Source: a virus
Direction: 5' to 3' (one strand)
Virus record (IMG/VR): IMGVR_UViG_3300027833_001310
Location: 1 to 64,000 of that record
DNA: 64,000 bases
Below the pieces are notes generated by a model, which was given only the letters and a program-made list of their open reading frames with translations, was not told the origin of the DNA and did no database searches. The translations under genes were made by a program, and so were the position numbers. Positions 1 through 9,474 of this stretch are shown one piece after another. Positions within the stretch are counted from its first letter, which is position 1; each line of letters opens with the position of its first letter.

Positions 1-397
1 AACTACTGCTATTGGCTTTGTTATCGCCGCCAACAGCAAATTCAAACTCGTAACCGTCGACATCCATTTCTGGTATGTTGTCTTTGCCTCTGTCACCACC
101 ATTACAAAATACATATTCATGTTGATGACCAAATGCATTTCTAACTAACTCTAAGCCTTTGGTTACACTGCCGTCTTCATCGTCAACAGCATACACATTG
201 TCTACCATGTCCATGCGTTGTATGATTAGGGAACGTTCTTCAAAAGGCATAAAGGGTCTGCCTTTCTTGCGAGTAAGCCACTCGTCGCTGTTTACTAGCA
301 CTACAAGTTTATCGCCATGTTGTGCTGCTGATTCTAAATAATTTATATGTCCTGAATGTAGTGGATCGAAACCCCCACTAACAACGGCTATACGCAT
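1..397 (-). CDS. Cytidylyltransferase-like (HIGH-family) nucleotidyltransferase, truncated at window edge
   Basis: Hand translation MRIAVVSGGFDPLHSGHINYL...NSDEWLTRKKG...NGGDR; HxGH motif; not in ORF track. Confidence 0.85.
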   Translation of the reverse strand, partial: MRIAVVSGGFDPLHSGHINYLESAAQHGDKLVVLVNSDEWLTRKKGRPFMPFEERSLIIQRMDMVDNVYAVDDEDGSVTKGLELVRNAFGHQHEYVFCNGGDRGKDNIPEMDVDGYEFEFAVGGDNKANSSS

Positions 398-793
398 TTA
401 CAGTCGGCCTCTAGCCTTTATCTTCTTCTGTAAATCTTCATGAGCTCTACGTTTCTTCTTAGTCTTCATCCATTTAGTGCCACCACTATTTGAATCAATC
501 CATGTGCCAGCACGTCTTTTAGCTTCGACTTCGCGGTTCCATCTAGACTTTGCAGCTGCTTTTCTACGTTTACGTTTAGCACTTGGCTTCTCGTAAAATT
601 CATTCTTGGCTAAGTCTTTTTGTCTATCGTCACGTTCAAGTATCTTCTTTAAACGTCTGATAGCACCGTTGACATCATCGTTGCGGACTTCGACTGAAGC
701 ACCGCGGAACTGTTTTTCTTGAGGCTTATTAAAATGTCTCTTAGGTTTATTAAAACCTTCTTTAACACCTTTACTCCAATTGTTGTTTTTCAT
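398..793 (-). CDS. rpsU: Ribosomal protein bS21 homolog with N- and C-terminal extensions
   Basis: VEVRNDDVNGAIRRLKK...EFYEKPSAKRKRRKAAAKSR matches the S21 pattern. Confidence 0.85.
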   Translation of the reverse strand: MKNNNWSKGVKEGFNKPKRHFNKPQEKQFRGASVEVRNDDVNGAIRRLKKILERDDRQKDLAKNEFYEKPSAKRKRRKAAAKSRWNREVEAKRRAGTWIDSNSGGTKWMKTKKKRRAHEDLQKKIKARGRL

Positions 794-828
794 TTATTTC
801 CTGTGTGTAAAAACTTTAGTTTATGTCT

Positions 829-857
829 ATTATACTACCTTTATTTAGCATTGTCAA
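829..857 (-). promoter_or_regulatory. sigma70-type promoter for bS21
   Basis: TTGACA-N17-TATAAT. Confidence 0.85.
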
Positions 858-2109
858 GTGTATTGTTTCTAAAAAATCTGTAATCTTCTAGAATCCTACT
901 TGTACCATCTGCGTACATAGCCATAGGTTTTTCTATTCTACTTGGGTACTTATCAAATATTACTTTACTAACACCTTCTTCCTGGAGTTCTGGAGCATTA
1001 TACATTAAGTAGAATAAACTGTTCTCTACTATACTCTTAACTGCTCTAGCACCCATCCCACTCTTACTAGCTCTACATGCAACATCTCTAAAATAAGATA
1101 TACCAAAGTCTATCTCAATTTCGTTACAAAGCATAAGTTCTTTTACTTGATCAATAATACTGTTCTTAACACTTTGCATTATTTCAACTAGTTGTTCTTC
1201 GGACAGTTTATCTAATGTTGTTATAATTGGTAAACGTCCTACTAACTCAGGAATCAATCCATACTTAACAACATCTTCTGATAGTAATGCTTTTAGGATA
1301 CCATCTGATTGTTCCTTAGCAATAACATTGCCTGTGAAGCCTACACCTGTTTTATTTTTTAATCTCTTAATAATAAATTCTTCAACACCAACAAATGCTC
1401 CACCAACTATAAACAGCACATTAGAAGTATCAAACTCGACGTACTCATCTGTTAATTTCTTTGTACCTAGTTTAACTTTAGTTACTGTGCCTTCTATTAA
1501 ACGTAACATTGCTTGTTGTACACCCTCGCCACTTACGTCTCTGGTAGTAGTACTACTCTCACTCTTACGAGATTTCTTATCAATCTCGTCAATGTATATA
1601 ATACCTTTTTGTGCAAGTTTTATATCATAGTCTGCTACGACTAGCAATCTTTCTAGTACAGCTTCTACATCGTCGCCTACATATCCTGCTTCTGTTAGTG
1701 TAGTTGCATCTGCTATTGCAAACGGTACGTTTAGTTTCCTAGCAAGTGTTTTAGCAAATAGTGTTTTACCGGAGCCTGTTGGACCAATCATTAGTACGTT
1801 ACTCTTTTCTATAGTTACGTCATTGGTGCTGGTGTGGTTTATTCTTTTGTAATGGTTATATGCTGATGTGCTAAGTATTTCCTTAGCCTCTTCTTGCCCT
1901 GTGATATACTGATTTAAGTAATCATGTATTTCTCTAGGTGTTGGTATCTCCCCCGAGTCTTCTAATAATAAATGTTTATCGTCGTCTAGTATTTCGTAAC
2001 TGATTGAAATGCATTCGTTACAAATATAAACGTTGGGACCTGCAATAAGTTTTTCTACTTGGTCTCTACTTTTACCACAAAAATTACAGTTTAACTTTTT
2101 GTCTGTCAT
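841..2109 (-). CDS. clpX: ClpX ATP-dependent protease ATPase subunit
   Basis: C4 zinc domain CNFC..CNEC, Walker A GPTGSGKT, GYVG pore loop, IDEIDK, RDVSGEGVQQ, PELVGRLP. Confidence 0.95.
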   Translation of the reverse strand: MTDKKLNCNFCGKSRDQVEKLIAGPNVYICNECISISYEILDDDKHLLLEDSGEIPTPREIHDYLNQYITGQEEAKEILSTSAYNHYKRINHTSTNDVTIEKSNVLMIGPTGSGKTLFAKTLARKLNVPFAIADATTLTEAGYVGDDVEAVLERLLVVADYDIKLAQKGIIYIDEIDKKSRKSESSTTTRDVSGEGVQQAMLRLIEGTVTKVKLGTKKLTDEYVEFDTSNVLFIVGGAFVGVEEFIIKRLKNKTGVGFTGNVIAKEQSDGILKALLSEDVVKYGLIPELVGRLPIITTLDKLSEEQLVEIMQSVKNSIIDQVKELMLCNEIEIDFGISYFRDVACRASKSGMGARAVKSIVENSLFYLMYNAPELQEEGVSKVIFDKYPSRIEKPMAMYADGTSRILEDYRFFRNNTLDNAK

Positions 2110-2663
2110 TTTTTACCTATATACCTTTTATTAGTTTCTGGTTTATCTGGAGTCGGTAGTGGCTGAGCCCAAAAGCCTATTTTCTTTTTAACTTCTTCTT
2201 CAGAACTTTTTTGTAATAATTTAAATATTTGCCCTTCGGATAAGTCTTCTTTATTCATTTCACTTGCGGCAAGTAATCTAGCCGCTTCTTTTAAATCACC
2301 AGTTGCTTCTTTCTCAACTGTGACTATCTTTTCTTTTTGTAATTCTAGTTCTTCTATTCTGGATTTGAGTTGTTTGTTTTCTCTTCTAAGTCCAGCGTCA
2401 GCTGGATTGGCTTTAGTAACCACTCGCTCGGGTCCTGGTACTTCTTTTTCGACAATTCGTATTGTCTCCTTCTCGATCTCGACTGGCTTCTCAACTGTAA
2501 TGATCTTTTCCTTTTCAACTTCAACTTCCTTAATAATAGTTTTAGGTTTACGTTTTTCCAACTTATCAATCTGGTCTAATGAGTCAGATAATAACTTTAG
2601 TGTATTACCATATCTCTCATACAACTCATTGAGGGCTTGTTGTAATTCTTTATTAGTCGTCAT
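2106..2663 (-). CDS. Hypothetical coiled-coil protein with VEKEV-type repeats
   Basis: 185-aa ORF overlapping both neighbours. Confidence 0.6.
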   Translation of the reverse strand: MTTNKELQQALNELYERYGNTLKLLSDSLDQIDKLEKRKPKTIIKEVEVEKEKIITVEKPVEIEKETIRIVEKEVPGPERVVTKANPADAGLRRENKQLKSRIEELELQKEKIVTVEKEATGDLKEAARLLAASEMNKEDLSEGQIFKLLQKSSEEEVKKKIGFWAQPLPTPDKPETNKRYIGKK

Positions 2664-4218
2664 CTTTACTAAGCCTCTTACTTAATTTCTTTTCTAGATT
2701 TAGTATGGACTTAGGTACTGTTAAATTTATGTCTAATTCTTTTGTGTTATCTATTATAACTTCTTTCGGCTTTTTGGTCAACTGTTTTTCTAGTTTTTTT
2801 ATTTTTCTTTGCAAAGCCGCTTCTGCTTTTTTATCTACACTAGAAGGTCCATCGTTCTCACTGAGCTTGTTATCAGCTGCCCCTTCTCGTTGTACAGGTA
2901 AAGTATCGTCTGCATCGCTTGCCCCTGGTTCACTACTGTGTGAATCTCCTGAGCCCTCACTGTTGTCTGTTTCTTGTCCATCATCATTGATGCTGAGGTT
3001 ATTGGTTGAATTTCCATTACTATCTCCTTCAGGTCCTTTTTTCTCTAGGTTAACTCCGTACCTAAGTAATGTTTGGTTTGCCGCTATTACTAGCATAACT
3101 GCTAATGGGTCAAACACAAATACAAGTAGTAGTATAAACACTTGTACTGCTTTGTCTAGTAGGTCCTCACTGTCGCCACCAAATAGTAATTGTGCTACAT
3201 ATTTGATTGGTCCTACTTCTTTCTCTAATGTTCTAACTTCGCTTTCTGCTTCAAACTTCTCATCTTTGATTACTATAAGTCCATCATAGATATCATCGAT
3301 TTGATTATTGTAGTCATCTATCTTAACTAGTATTTGATCTTGATCTTGACTGCTAGAGTCTCTCAGACCAGTTATTTCTTTGTTAGCATTATCTATTACA
3401 GTTTGTGCCTGTGCTCTGTACTTGTCTATGTTTGCTTGTTGGCTGTTAATATCACGTTGTGCGATTTGCCTTAGATTATTTTTCTCAGATGATATTGCAT
3501 CACGTTCTGCTTTTTGCCCTAGTCTTACTTCGTTTGCTAGTGCAACATTATCTACTGTTTCTGTTTCAGCACTTCTAAATATTCCACCACCGTCTGTTTC
3601 AGTTGTAACTGTGCCTTGGCTTGCATAACTGTCTACGATATTATCTAGTGGTATTAGTTTGTCATCCTGTGCTTTAAGGTCAATAACTAGTTGGTCTCTT
3701 ATGCTTTGGATTTGTCCTTGTGCATAATCAATGTCACCTTGCACTCTATCCCAGGCGCCATCTCTGATACTCTCTTGTTGTTGTATTGTAGCACTAACAT
3801 CTAAGCCGCCGCCAGTTTGTAAACCAGCAATACGGTCTTCTAGTATGTCTATCTTGTTTTCTTCTCTGGCAATTTTGCCATCAAGTCTTTCTACAATAGC
3901 AAATGCATCTCCACTTGCTCCTGCCTGATCTAAATGTGCTTTTGACAAGTATCCAAAGATACCCATGCTTGTGATAAGCATTAGAATTGCTACTGCAACA
4001 CACAAATATGATTTAAGCATTAACGAAGTGTCGTTCCAATACCTGTATAACCAACTAGCAGTAAGTAGTTTACCTACTTCCAGTGTGCCAGCCATTACTG
4101 CAATAGGCAAAGCTGCCGCACTGAAGATAGCCATTAGGCCTGCAATGCTGAACCATGCCGCTACCCCAGCAATAGCCAGAGCGGTAATTAATGTGAGGAT
4201 TCCAAATAACATATACAT
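2653..4218 (-). CDS. Membrane protein with long coiled coil
   Basis: Three N-terminal hydrophobic helices, Q/D-rich heptads, further TM at VFVFDPLAV. Confidence 0.7.
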   Translation of the reverse strand: MYMLFGILTLITALAIAGVAAWFSIAGLMAIFSAAALPIAVMAGTLEVGKLLTASWLYRYWNDTSLMLKSYLCVAVAILMLITSMGIFGYLSKAHLDQAGASGDAFAIVERLDGKIAREENKIDILEDRIAGLQTGGGLDVSATIQQQESIRDGAWDRVQGDIDYAQGQIQSIRDQLVIDLKAQDDKLIPLDNIVDSYASQGTVTTETDGGGIFRSAETETVDNVALANEVRLGQKAERDAISSEKNNLRQIAQRDINSQQANIDKYRAQAQTVIDNANKEITGLRDSSSQDQDQILVKIDDYNNQIDDIYDGLIVIKDEKFEAESEVRTLEKEVGPIKYVAQLLFGGDSEDLLDKAVQVFILLLVFVFDPLAVMLVIAANQTLLRYGVNLEKKGPEGDSNGNSTNNLSINDDGQETDNSEGSGDSHSSEPGASDADDTLPVQREGAADNKLSENDGPSSVDKKAEAALQRKIKKLEKQLTKKPKEVIIDNTKELDINLTVPKSILNLEKKLSKRLSKDDD

Positions 4219-4395
4219 ATTTACCTGGATTAGTTGAGTGGCTAACTTAATATTGTCTATTAAACTGGGTTATATTGAGGATATATAATCTCCCCACCCG
4301 TCGGTGAGAGGATTACACGTTCTAATCTTCTATGTATTCATCATATAGCACTGTTATAGACCGTCGTCGAGCAAACAGTGAAGCTCTGTTATTGT

Positions 4396-4878
4396 TTAAC
4401 TAAATTTTACTTTAGTATGGTCGTTAAGTTCAACAGTAGCACTATTGTGCTCATGTTCTCTTACTGTGGTCTTTTGTACCCAACATCTTCCGTTTGTTAA
4501 TTCCTTAACAATTTCATCTGCTTTGTCAAAAGCCATTTCAGCAAAACGTTCACAACCTGTATGCGATACTACTCGCATATCAATTAGACCCTTGTCTTGT
4601 AACATTTGAATGGTTTCCATTTCTGGGTCATTCTCTGCTACCAAGTAAGTATGATCGAACATTTGTTTCAACCATTCTTTAAGTGGCTTTAGTCCACCAA
4701 AGTCTACTATCCAGTTACTGCTATCAAGTTCATCTCCACCAAAGGTGAATTCAAACTGTAATGCGTAACCATGGATTAAGTTACAGTGGCTATCGGCCTT
4801 CCACTGTCTAAACGCACAACTATGTCCAGTTGAATGCGAATATGTTTTACCTGAATAAAATCTTTTGTTCATAGTCAT
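4396..4878 (-). CDS. queD: 6-carboxy-5,6,7,8-tetrahydropterin synthase (QueD/PTPS)
   Basis: HCNLIHGY, WIVDFGGLK, FDH, T-fold size. Confidence 0.85.
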   Translation of the reverse strand: MTMNKRFYSGKTYSHSTGHSCAFRQWKADSHCNLIHGYALQFEFTFGGDELDSSNWIVDFGGLKPLKEWLKQMFDHTYLVAENDPEMETIQMLQDKGLIDMRVVSHTGCERFAEMAFDKADEIVKELTNGRCWVQKTTVREHEHNSATVELNDHTKVKFS

Positions 4879-4899
4879 TACCTTTAAATGTATTTTTGT

Positions 4900-4927
4900 A
4901 TTATACAGTATATTTAGGCAATGTCAA
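4900..4927 (-). promoter_or_regulatory. sigma70-type promoter for queD
   Basis: TTGACA-N16-TATAAT. Confidence 0.75.
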
Positions 4928-4953
4928 GAATTATTTTAATATTTGTGGTATAA

Positions 4954-5427
4954 CTATTTCTTTTTCTTTTCCATTAACTTAACGGCTTTGTCATACTCTA
5001 CTTTAGCAATAACTTTTTCACGCAATAATTTATCTCTATTGACCATGTGCTTTGCTTGGACTTCATCTTTACTGCCTCCGAAGTATGCTACTGCATGTCC
5101 TTCTTCAACTAGTATGTCAGTTGCCATACGACCATCTAATGCTACAAAGTCACCAAGTACTCTACCAAACTTACCTCTCATATCTTCGCCATCTCTAGCA
5201 ATCTGAGTTTTAAGTATGCAAGACTTACCTAGTATTTCTTTTAATTTTGTTTTTGCAGCCAAGCCAAAAAGTTTTTCTACTTTATCTCTGGTTCTTGATT
5301 CTGGTGTATCAATGCCCATGATGCGGACTCTTTCGTCCATCATCCAAACACCAAACCCTAAGTCGATATTTACGTCCACTGTATCGCCGTCAACAATTTT
5401 AACGACATTCGCTTTATACTCGTACAT
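4954..5427 (-). CDS. SNase/thermonuclease-like nuclease
   Basis: VDGDTVD, RVRIMGIDTPESR, GKFGRVLG. Confidence 0.85.
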   Translation of the reverse strand: MYEYKANVVKIVDGDTVDVNIDLGFGVWMMDERVRIMGIDTPESRTRDKVEKLFGLAAKTKLKEILGKSCILKTQIARDGEDMRGKFGRVLGDFVALDGRMATDILVEEGHAVAYFGGSKDEVQAKHMVNRDKLLREKVIAKVEYDKAVKLMEKKKK

Positions 5428-5487
5428 GTGTTTCTCCCTGTTTGTACTGTTACCTATGTACGAGTATTTATGATATTAAGTTATGGT

Positions 5488-6399
5488 TTAATGATCCTGT
5501 TTTGTAAAGTGGAAGGAGTTTGCAATGGCCTTATCACGGAGAGGGCTTTTGTCTAGGTGATTTATAAAATCATCATAAGAAGTCATGTCATCACGAAACT
5601 TTGCAGTTGCTTGTTTGCAACTTGGACCTTCTAAAATTTGGTTAAATATATCACCTGCATCCTGTCCTGATTGAACTTGTTGCTTGTATACTTTATTCTC
5701 AATACTCAAATAATCATCTACGGCAGAAAAGTCTTCTTGATCGCGTACAGCATTAATTATTACTTCTTTCCATCTGCTGTGTAACTTTGGTATAAATTTT
5801 GAATTGTCATGGTGACCATGTCCACGTTCGTATCCATCGTCTGATGTATTTGATCTATGAAATGTTTGCCTAGGTACTGTGTGTATATCGCATAATACAC
5901 CGTCAATTGAACTTAACGGTATGAGATGTACATCACTATGTGCTAATTTTATTTGCAGTAATGTAAATAACGGACGGTACATGTGAACATCATTAAAATC
6001 ACATCGTTGATTATTAATCGATACCATAGTAAGTACTAGTTGCTTAATATATTCATTACTTGCGTTATCAGAAATCTGTTGACCTGCGTTACTAACATCT
6101 GAATAAAATAGATCCCAGTGTGTATGCATCATAAACAATAAGCCAGTAGCCCATCTGTCTACGGGCTCTCTGCAAAACGCATATATTTTATAATCCGGGT
6201 AGTTGGCTAAATGACTATGAACTTTGGAGTCAGGGATTTTGTCATCCAATATCCATTTCTCACCAAACTCATTTACATTTATACCTAGTTCAGAATCTTC
6301 AAACCGAGGCATGAGTATCGTGCGTATACTAGTCGATGCTCCTTTGGGATAAGTTAAGCAAATAGTTTTAAGTTTATCGTTAACAAGGAAATCGAACAT
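5488..6399 (-). CDS. Sulfotransferase-like protein
   Basis: PKGASTS (5'-PSB-like) and FCREPVDRW (3'-PB-like) motifs. Confidence 0.5.
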   Translation of the reverse strand: MFDFLVNDKLKTICLTYPKGASTSIRTILMPRFEDSELGINVNEFGEKWILDDKIPDSKVHSHLANYPDYKIYAFCREPVDRWATGLLFMMHTHWDLFYSDVSNAGQQISDNASNEYIKQLVLTMVSINNQRCDFNDVHMYRPLFTLLQIKLAHSDVHLIPLSSIDGVLCDIHTVPRQTFHRSNTSDDGYERGHGHHDNSKFIPKLHSRWKEVIINAVRDQEDFSAVDDYLSIENKVYKQQVQSGQDAGDIFNQILEGPSCKQATAKFRDDMTSYDDFINHLDKSPLRDKAIANSFHFTKQDH

Positions 6400-6402
6400 T
6401 GG

Positions 6403-7023
6403 TCAACTCGCAGTGTAAAAAATGTGGCCACCCACTTTCTTTACAGGAGTATAACTGGTACTCCAGTAAGGTTCAACAAAATCAGCATGGTACCACAATG
6501 CATTAGCTGGAATAACCTCAGGCGCTTTGCCTCTAATCGAATCTTCAGCAATTCTTAAACTGTCTAACCATGACTGCATATTGGCTTTGATAACATCACC
6601 TTTCTTATTAGTTAGGTATAAAGTATCTGACTTACCATCACAGTACCAACTGAACTGACACTGATTTCTAATAGGTACTAATGTACCGTTATGCTGTTGC
6701 CACCATGTTGAGTGTTTTGCTTGATACACTACACCACATAAAGTATTTGGGTAGTGAGGGCTACTAACTCTATTCATAGTTACATTAGCAACTGCAATTT
6801 TGCCTCTAGTAGATTCGCCTCTCGCTTCAAAGTAAATGTTCTTAGCAAGACAATGCATCTCGTCCACATCAATTTCTGCAACTGGTGGTCCTTGTAGTGC
6901 TTCTTTAGGAATTTCAAGTGTGTATGATTTTTGTCCTGAATTGGTCATAACAGAATTGGTGAATCCTACTATTGCCCAAACTAACAGTCCTGCAGTAAAG
7001 CCTGCTAATAAATGATCTTTCAT
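6403..7023 (-). CDS. Cell wall hydrolase, SleB/Hydrolase_2 family
   Basis: N-terminal TM; CLAKNIYFEARGE, AVANVTMNRV, CQFSWYCDG, GGHIFY. Confidence 0.9.
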   Translation of the reverse strand: MKDHLLAGFTAGLLVWAIVGFTNSVMTNSGQKSYTLEIPKEALQGPPVAEIDVDEMHCLAKNIYFEARGESTRGKIAVANVTMNRVSSPHYPNTLCGVVYQAKHSTWWQQHNGTLVPIRNQCQFSWYCDGKSDTLYLTNKKGDVIKANMQSWLDSLRIAEDSIRGKAPEVIPANALWYHADFVEPYWSTSYTPVKKVGGHIFYTAS

Positions 7024-7063
7024 ATCAAGTCCCCCACTAAAAATATTCGCACTGAGCGTTAAT

Positions 7064-7354
7064 TTACTTGATGAGCTGAATGCTCGAAGTCATCTCTGTA
7101 TACTTATCTGCAATTTCTTTTTGAGTTACAGCGTATGTTAATACAGTTGACATGTTGATATCAACATGCTTAGGTTCAGCACTCATTAGCCAAGGAACCA
7201 TGCCTATGCCTTGTTGCCCTGGTGCTAGTACTACTACTTTGCTTAATGTAAGTGTATCGCTTTCGTTTTTCTCAAAACGTGCTATTAGTTCTTCGCCTGA
7301 TACTAACTTAGTTGTAACTACTTCACCACTTTTTAACGGTTTATCAAATAACAT
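7064..7354 (-). CDS. Small beta-rich (Sm-like) phage protein
   Basis: KLVSGEELIA; paralogous to 42008..42307. Confidence 0.6.
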   Translation of the reverse strand: MLFDKPLKSGEVVTTKLVSGEELIARFEKNESDTLTLSKVVVLAPGQQGIGMVPWLMSAEPKHVDINMSTVLTYAVTQKEIADKYTEMTSSIQLIK

Positions 7355-7384
7355 ATATTCCTCGTTTTTTTATTTGTATAGCAT

Positions 7385-7412
7385 ATTATATACTATGTTA
7401 ATCAAATGTCAA
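7385..7412 (-). promoter_or_regulatory. sigma70-type promoter
   Basis: TTGACA-N16-TATAAT. Confidence 0.75.
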
Positions 7413-7476
7413 CACTTTTTTACGGCAAAAAGGCCTGTTTTCGTACACTTTTCTGCATCAAAAGTTAAATATAAAC

Positions 7477-7572
7477 GTTGGACAGGATATTAGAGTCTAG
7501 CAAGTTATAAATTAATGCGTCCCTCTTAGAATACGCTAAATAGTTCCAGGAGAACACAATGACTGTGCCAAC
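7477..7572 (+). ncRNA. Candidate ~96-nt late small RNA
   Basis: Starts 5 nt after TAAATA; 5' GTTGGACAG pairs with 3' CTGTGCCAAC; internal hairpins. Confidence 0.45.
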
Positions 7573-7625
7573 ACTTTTAGTAAGAACAACAGGGCCCTGA
7601 AGTTTTACTAACACCAGAGTAACAT

Positions 7626-8327
7626 CTATTTCCTTAGATGTAACTCTCGCATAGTCTGCAGTCGCGAATCGCAATGTCGACTACCATGAAAGTGAATTGC
7701 TCTGGCGTCACTTATATTGATTTTATTATGATGATAATCATCTTCCCCACCAAATAAAACTTGATATGCCATCCAAGGTTTGAGTACATCACCTAGTTTA
7801 ATATTTTGTGCAAACATCATTGCATTGTAAATAACTTGCTCACTGTCCCATCTATTCGGATTCCAATTCTCAACCATCTCTATGCCTAGGTCCCAAATAC
7901 TTTGGTCCATGTCTTTGGGATAGTATCTAATACCACAGTTAAAGAAATTTTCAAAGTCTAAGTTGTAATGATCATCTGTTGTCCACGATGGTTGCGTTAA
8001 ACCAAACATTGAAAACTTATCAAACTGATCGAAGTATTGTACTTTCTTCATAAACAGTACATCGAGATCAGCATACAATATGTTATGCCCTTCCTTCCAC
8101 AGATCATATATTTCATAGAAGTTTACTTTGAACACATCTCTGATGTTGTCTGCAGTGCCACGAAATACTTTTATTTCATCTAAATCTTGCACATAGGCTT
8201 CGGCACTAGCAACACTTAGTTCTTCCATTTGTGTATAACTGTTTTGTATGTCGCCTTCGTCTGTGCGATCGTTATACCATTTAGAATGATCATTGACTGT
8301 GTAATTTTTGTACACTAATATATTCAT
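7626..8327 (-). CDS. GT-A fold glycosyltransferase-like protein
   Basis: ILYADLDV DxD motif, FNCG, EQVIYN, IHFHG. Confidence 0.65.
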   Translation of the reverse strand: MNILVYKNYTVNDHSKWYNDRTDEGDIQNSYTQMEELSVASAEAYVQDLDEIKVFRGTADNIRDVFKVNFYEIYDLWKEGHNILYADLDVLFMKKVQYFDQFDKFSMFGLTQPSWTTDDHYNLDFENFFNCGIRYYPKDMDQSIWDLGIEMVENWNPNRWDSEQVIYNAMMFAQNIKLGDVLKPWMAYQVLFGGEDDYHHNKINISDARAIHFHGSRHCDSRLQTMRELHLRK

Positions 8328-8363
8328 GCCATTATCTCATGTAATATTTGTGGATTAAGTACT

Positions 8364-9413
8364 TTAACTTTTTTCATGTAGGCCCATGGCTTGATTATAC
8401 AGTTGCTCACTAGCCAAGTTCTTAGCCTTAGCCTCGCACTGTATGTCAAACTGTGACCAAAAGCTCAATGCCCATGCATTAGCTTTTTCGTTAGGGAAGT
8501 AATCGGAATGAGCTCTCAACTTTTGTTTCTTATGACCTTGTTCAAGTAGTCCCACAATATCATGCATATTAGTGTGGGTATCGTCAGTAATAGGTAGATG
8601 CTCGTCACGACTGTAGCTATAATGCATAGCAGGGCGAACTCCACGCCAACTGTCGATAACTTCTTTAACGCGATCATCCTCTGGTTGTATGTATTCTTCA
8701 TCTCTAATCCAATGGTGGTGTATGTCGAGAACTAGTGCTACATGATCTTTTAGTTTGAGACTTTCGTCTAGTCCCCAGCACATCTCGTCATTCTCGATAG
8801 TAATAGTATTTAGTGCCTCGGGTGACAAACGGGGCAATACTTTGATAAGACCGGGTGCACCTAATCTACCTGAGACATGTACATTAATCTTAAAGTCTTG
8901 GAACTCTTTGCCGAAGCCCATGTATCGTGCCATAGTTGCGTGGTACTCGAACTCGTCAATACTACGTTCAACAACATCGGGTCTATCACTAGCAAGTACA
9001 CAGAACTGACCTGGATGGAAACTAATGCGAACATCTTTGTCTCTAGCAAGTTGACCTACCTTAGCAAAGCCTTCTTCTAACATCTTAACGTTAGTAGGAT
9101 CTTGCCATAAGTAAGACCAGTTTTCATGTGTAGCGGCAGGTAATTGATTGCTACCTAGTCTAACCATTCTACGATTTTCGGGCAGGGTGCTAACATAGTC
9201 AACAAGATTGTATGCACTTTGCATGTTGTGTGTTGCAATATCAAGCATACGATCTTCTGCTACAGCCTTGTCTTGCCTGTTAAGCCATGTAACTGTAGTT
9301 TGTCGCTCTGTGAAGTTCTGCTGTATTTCTTTTAGTACCTTGGGTTTCTGAGACTGGTCAGGGTCCATGTACTTACAGCAAAAACCGATGCGTTGTAAAT
9401 CATTGTCAAACAT
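8364..9413 (-). CDS. uvsE: UV-damage endonuclease
   Basis: RLGS, SFHPGQF, ITIENDE, VLDIHHH, RAHSD, CEAKAK. Confidence 0.9.
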   Translation of the reverse strand: MFDNDLQRIGFCCKYMDPDQSQKPKVLKEIQQNFTERQTTVTWLNRQDKAVAEDRMLDIATHNMQSAYNLVDYVSTLPENRRMVRLGSNQLPAATHENWSYLWQDPTNVKMLEEGFAKVGQLARDKDVRISFHPGQFCVLASDRPDVVERSIDEFEYHATMARYMGFGKEFQDFKINVHVSGRLGAPGLIKVLPRLSPEALNTITIENDEMCWGLDESLKLKDHVALVLDIHHHWIRDEEYIQPEDDRVKEVIDSWRGVRPAMHYSYSRDEHLPITDDTHTNMHDIVGLLEQGHKKQKLRAHSDYFPNEKANAWALSFWSQFDIQCEAKAKNLASEQLYNQAMGLHEKS

Positions 9414-9440
9414 ATATTACCTACCTAATGTAAAAGTGTT

Positions 9441-9469
9441 ATTATATACGAACATGCTGAGTATGTCAA
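9441..9469 (-). promoter_or_regulatory. sigma70-type promoter for uvsE
   Basis: TTGACA-N17-TATAAT. Confidence 0.85.
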
Positions 9470-9474
9470 GTAGT

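Noticed and set aside
4879-4930. preQ1 riboswitch upstream of queD
   Set aside because: The promoter is about 20 nt from the start codon, leaving no room, and no aptamer motif is seen
7490-7522. TTAGAG..TAGCAAGTTATAAAT resembles the Cas9 repeat/tracrRNA scaffold
   Set aside because: Short, gapped, AT-rich match with no array or cas gene; likely chance
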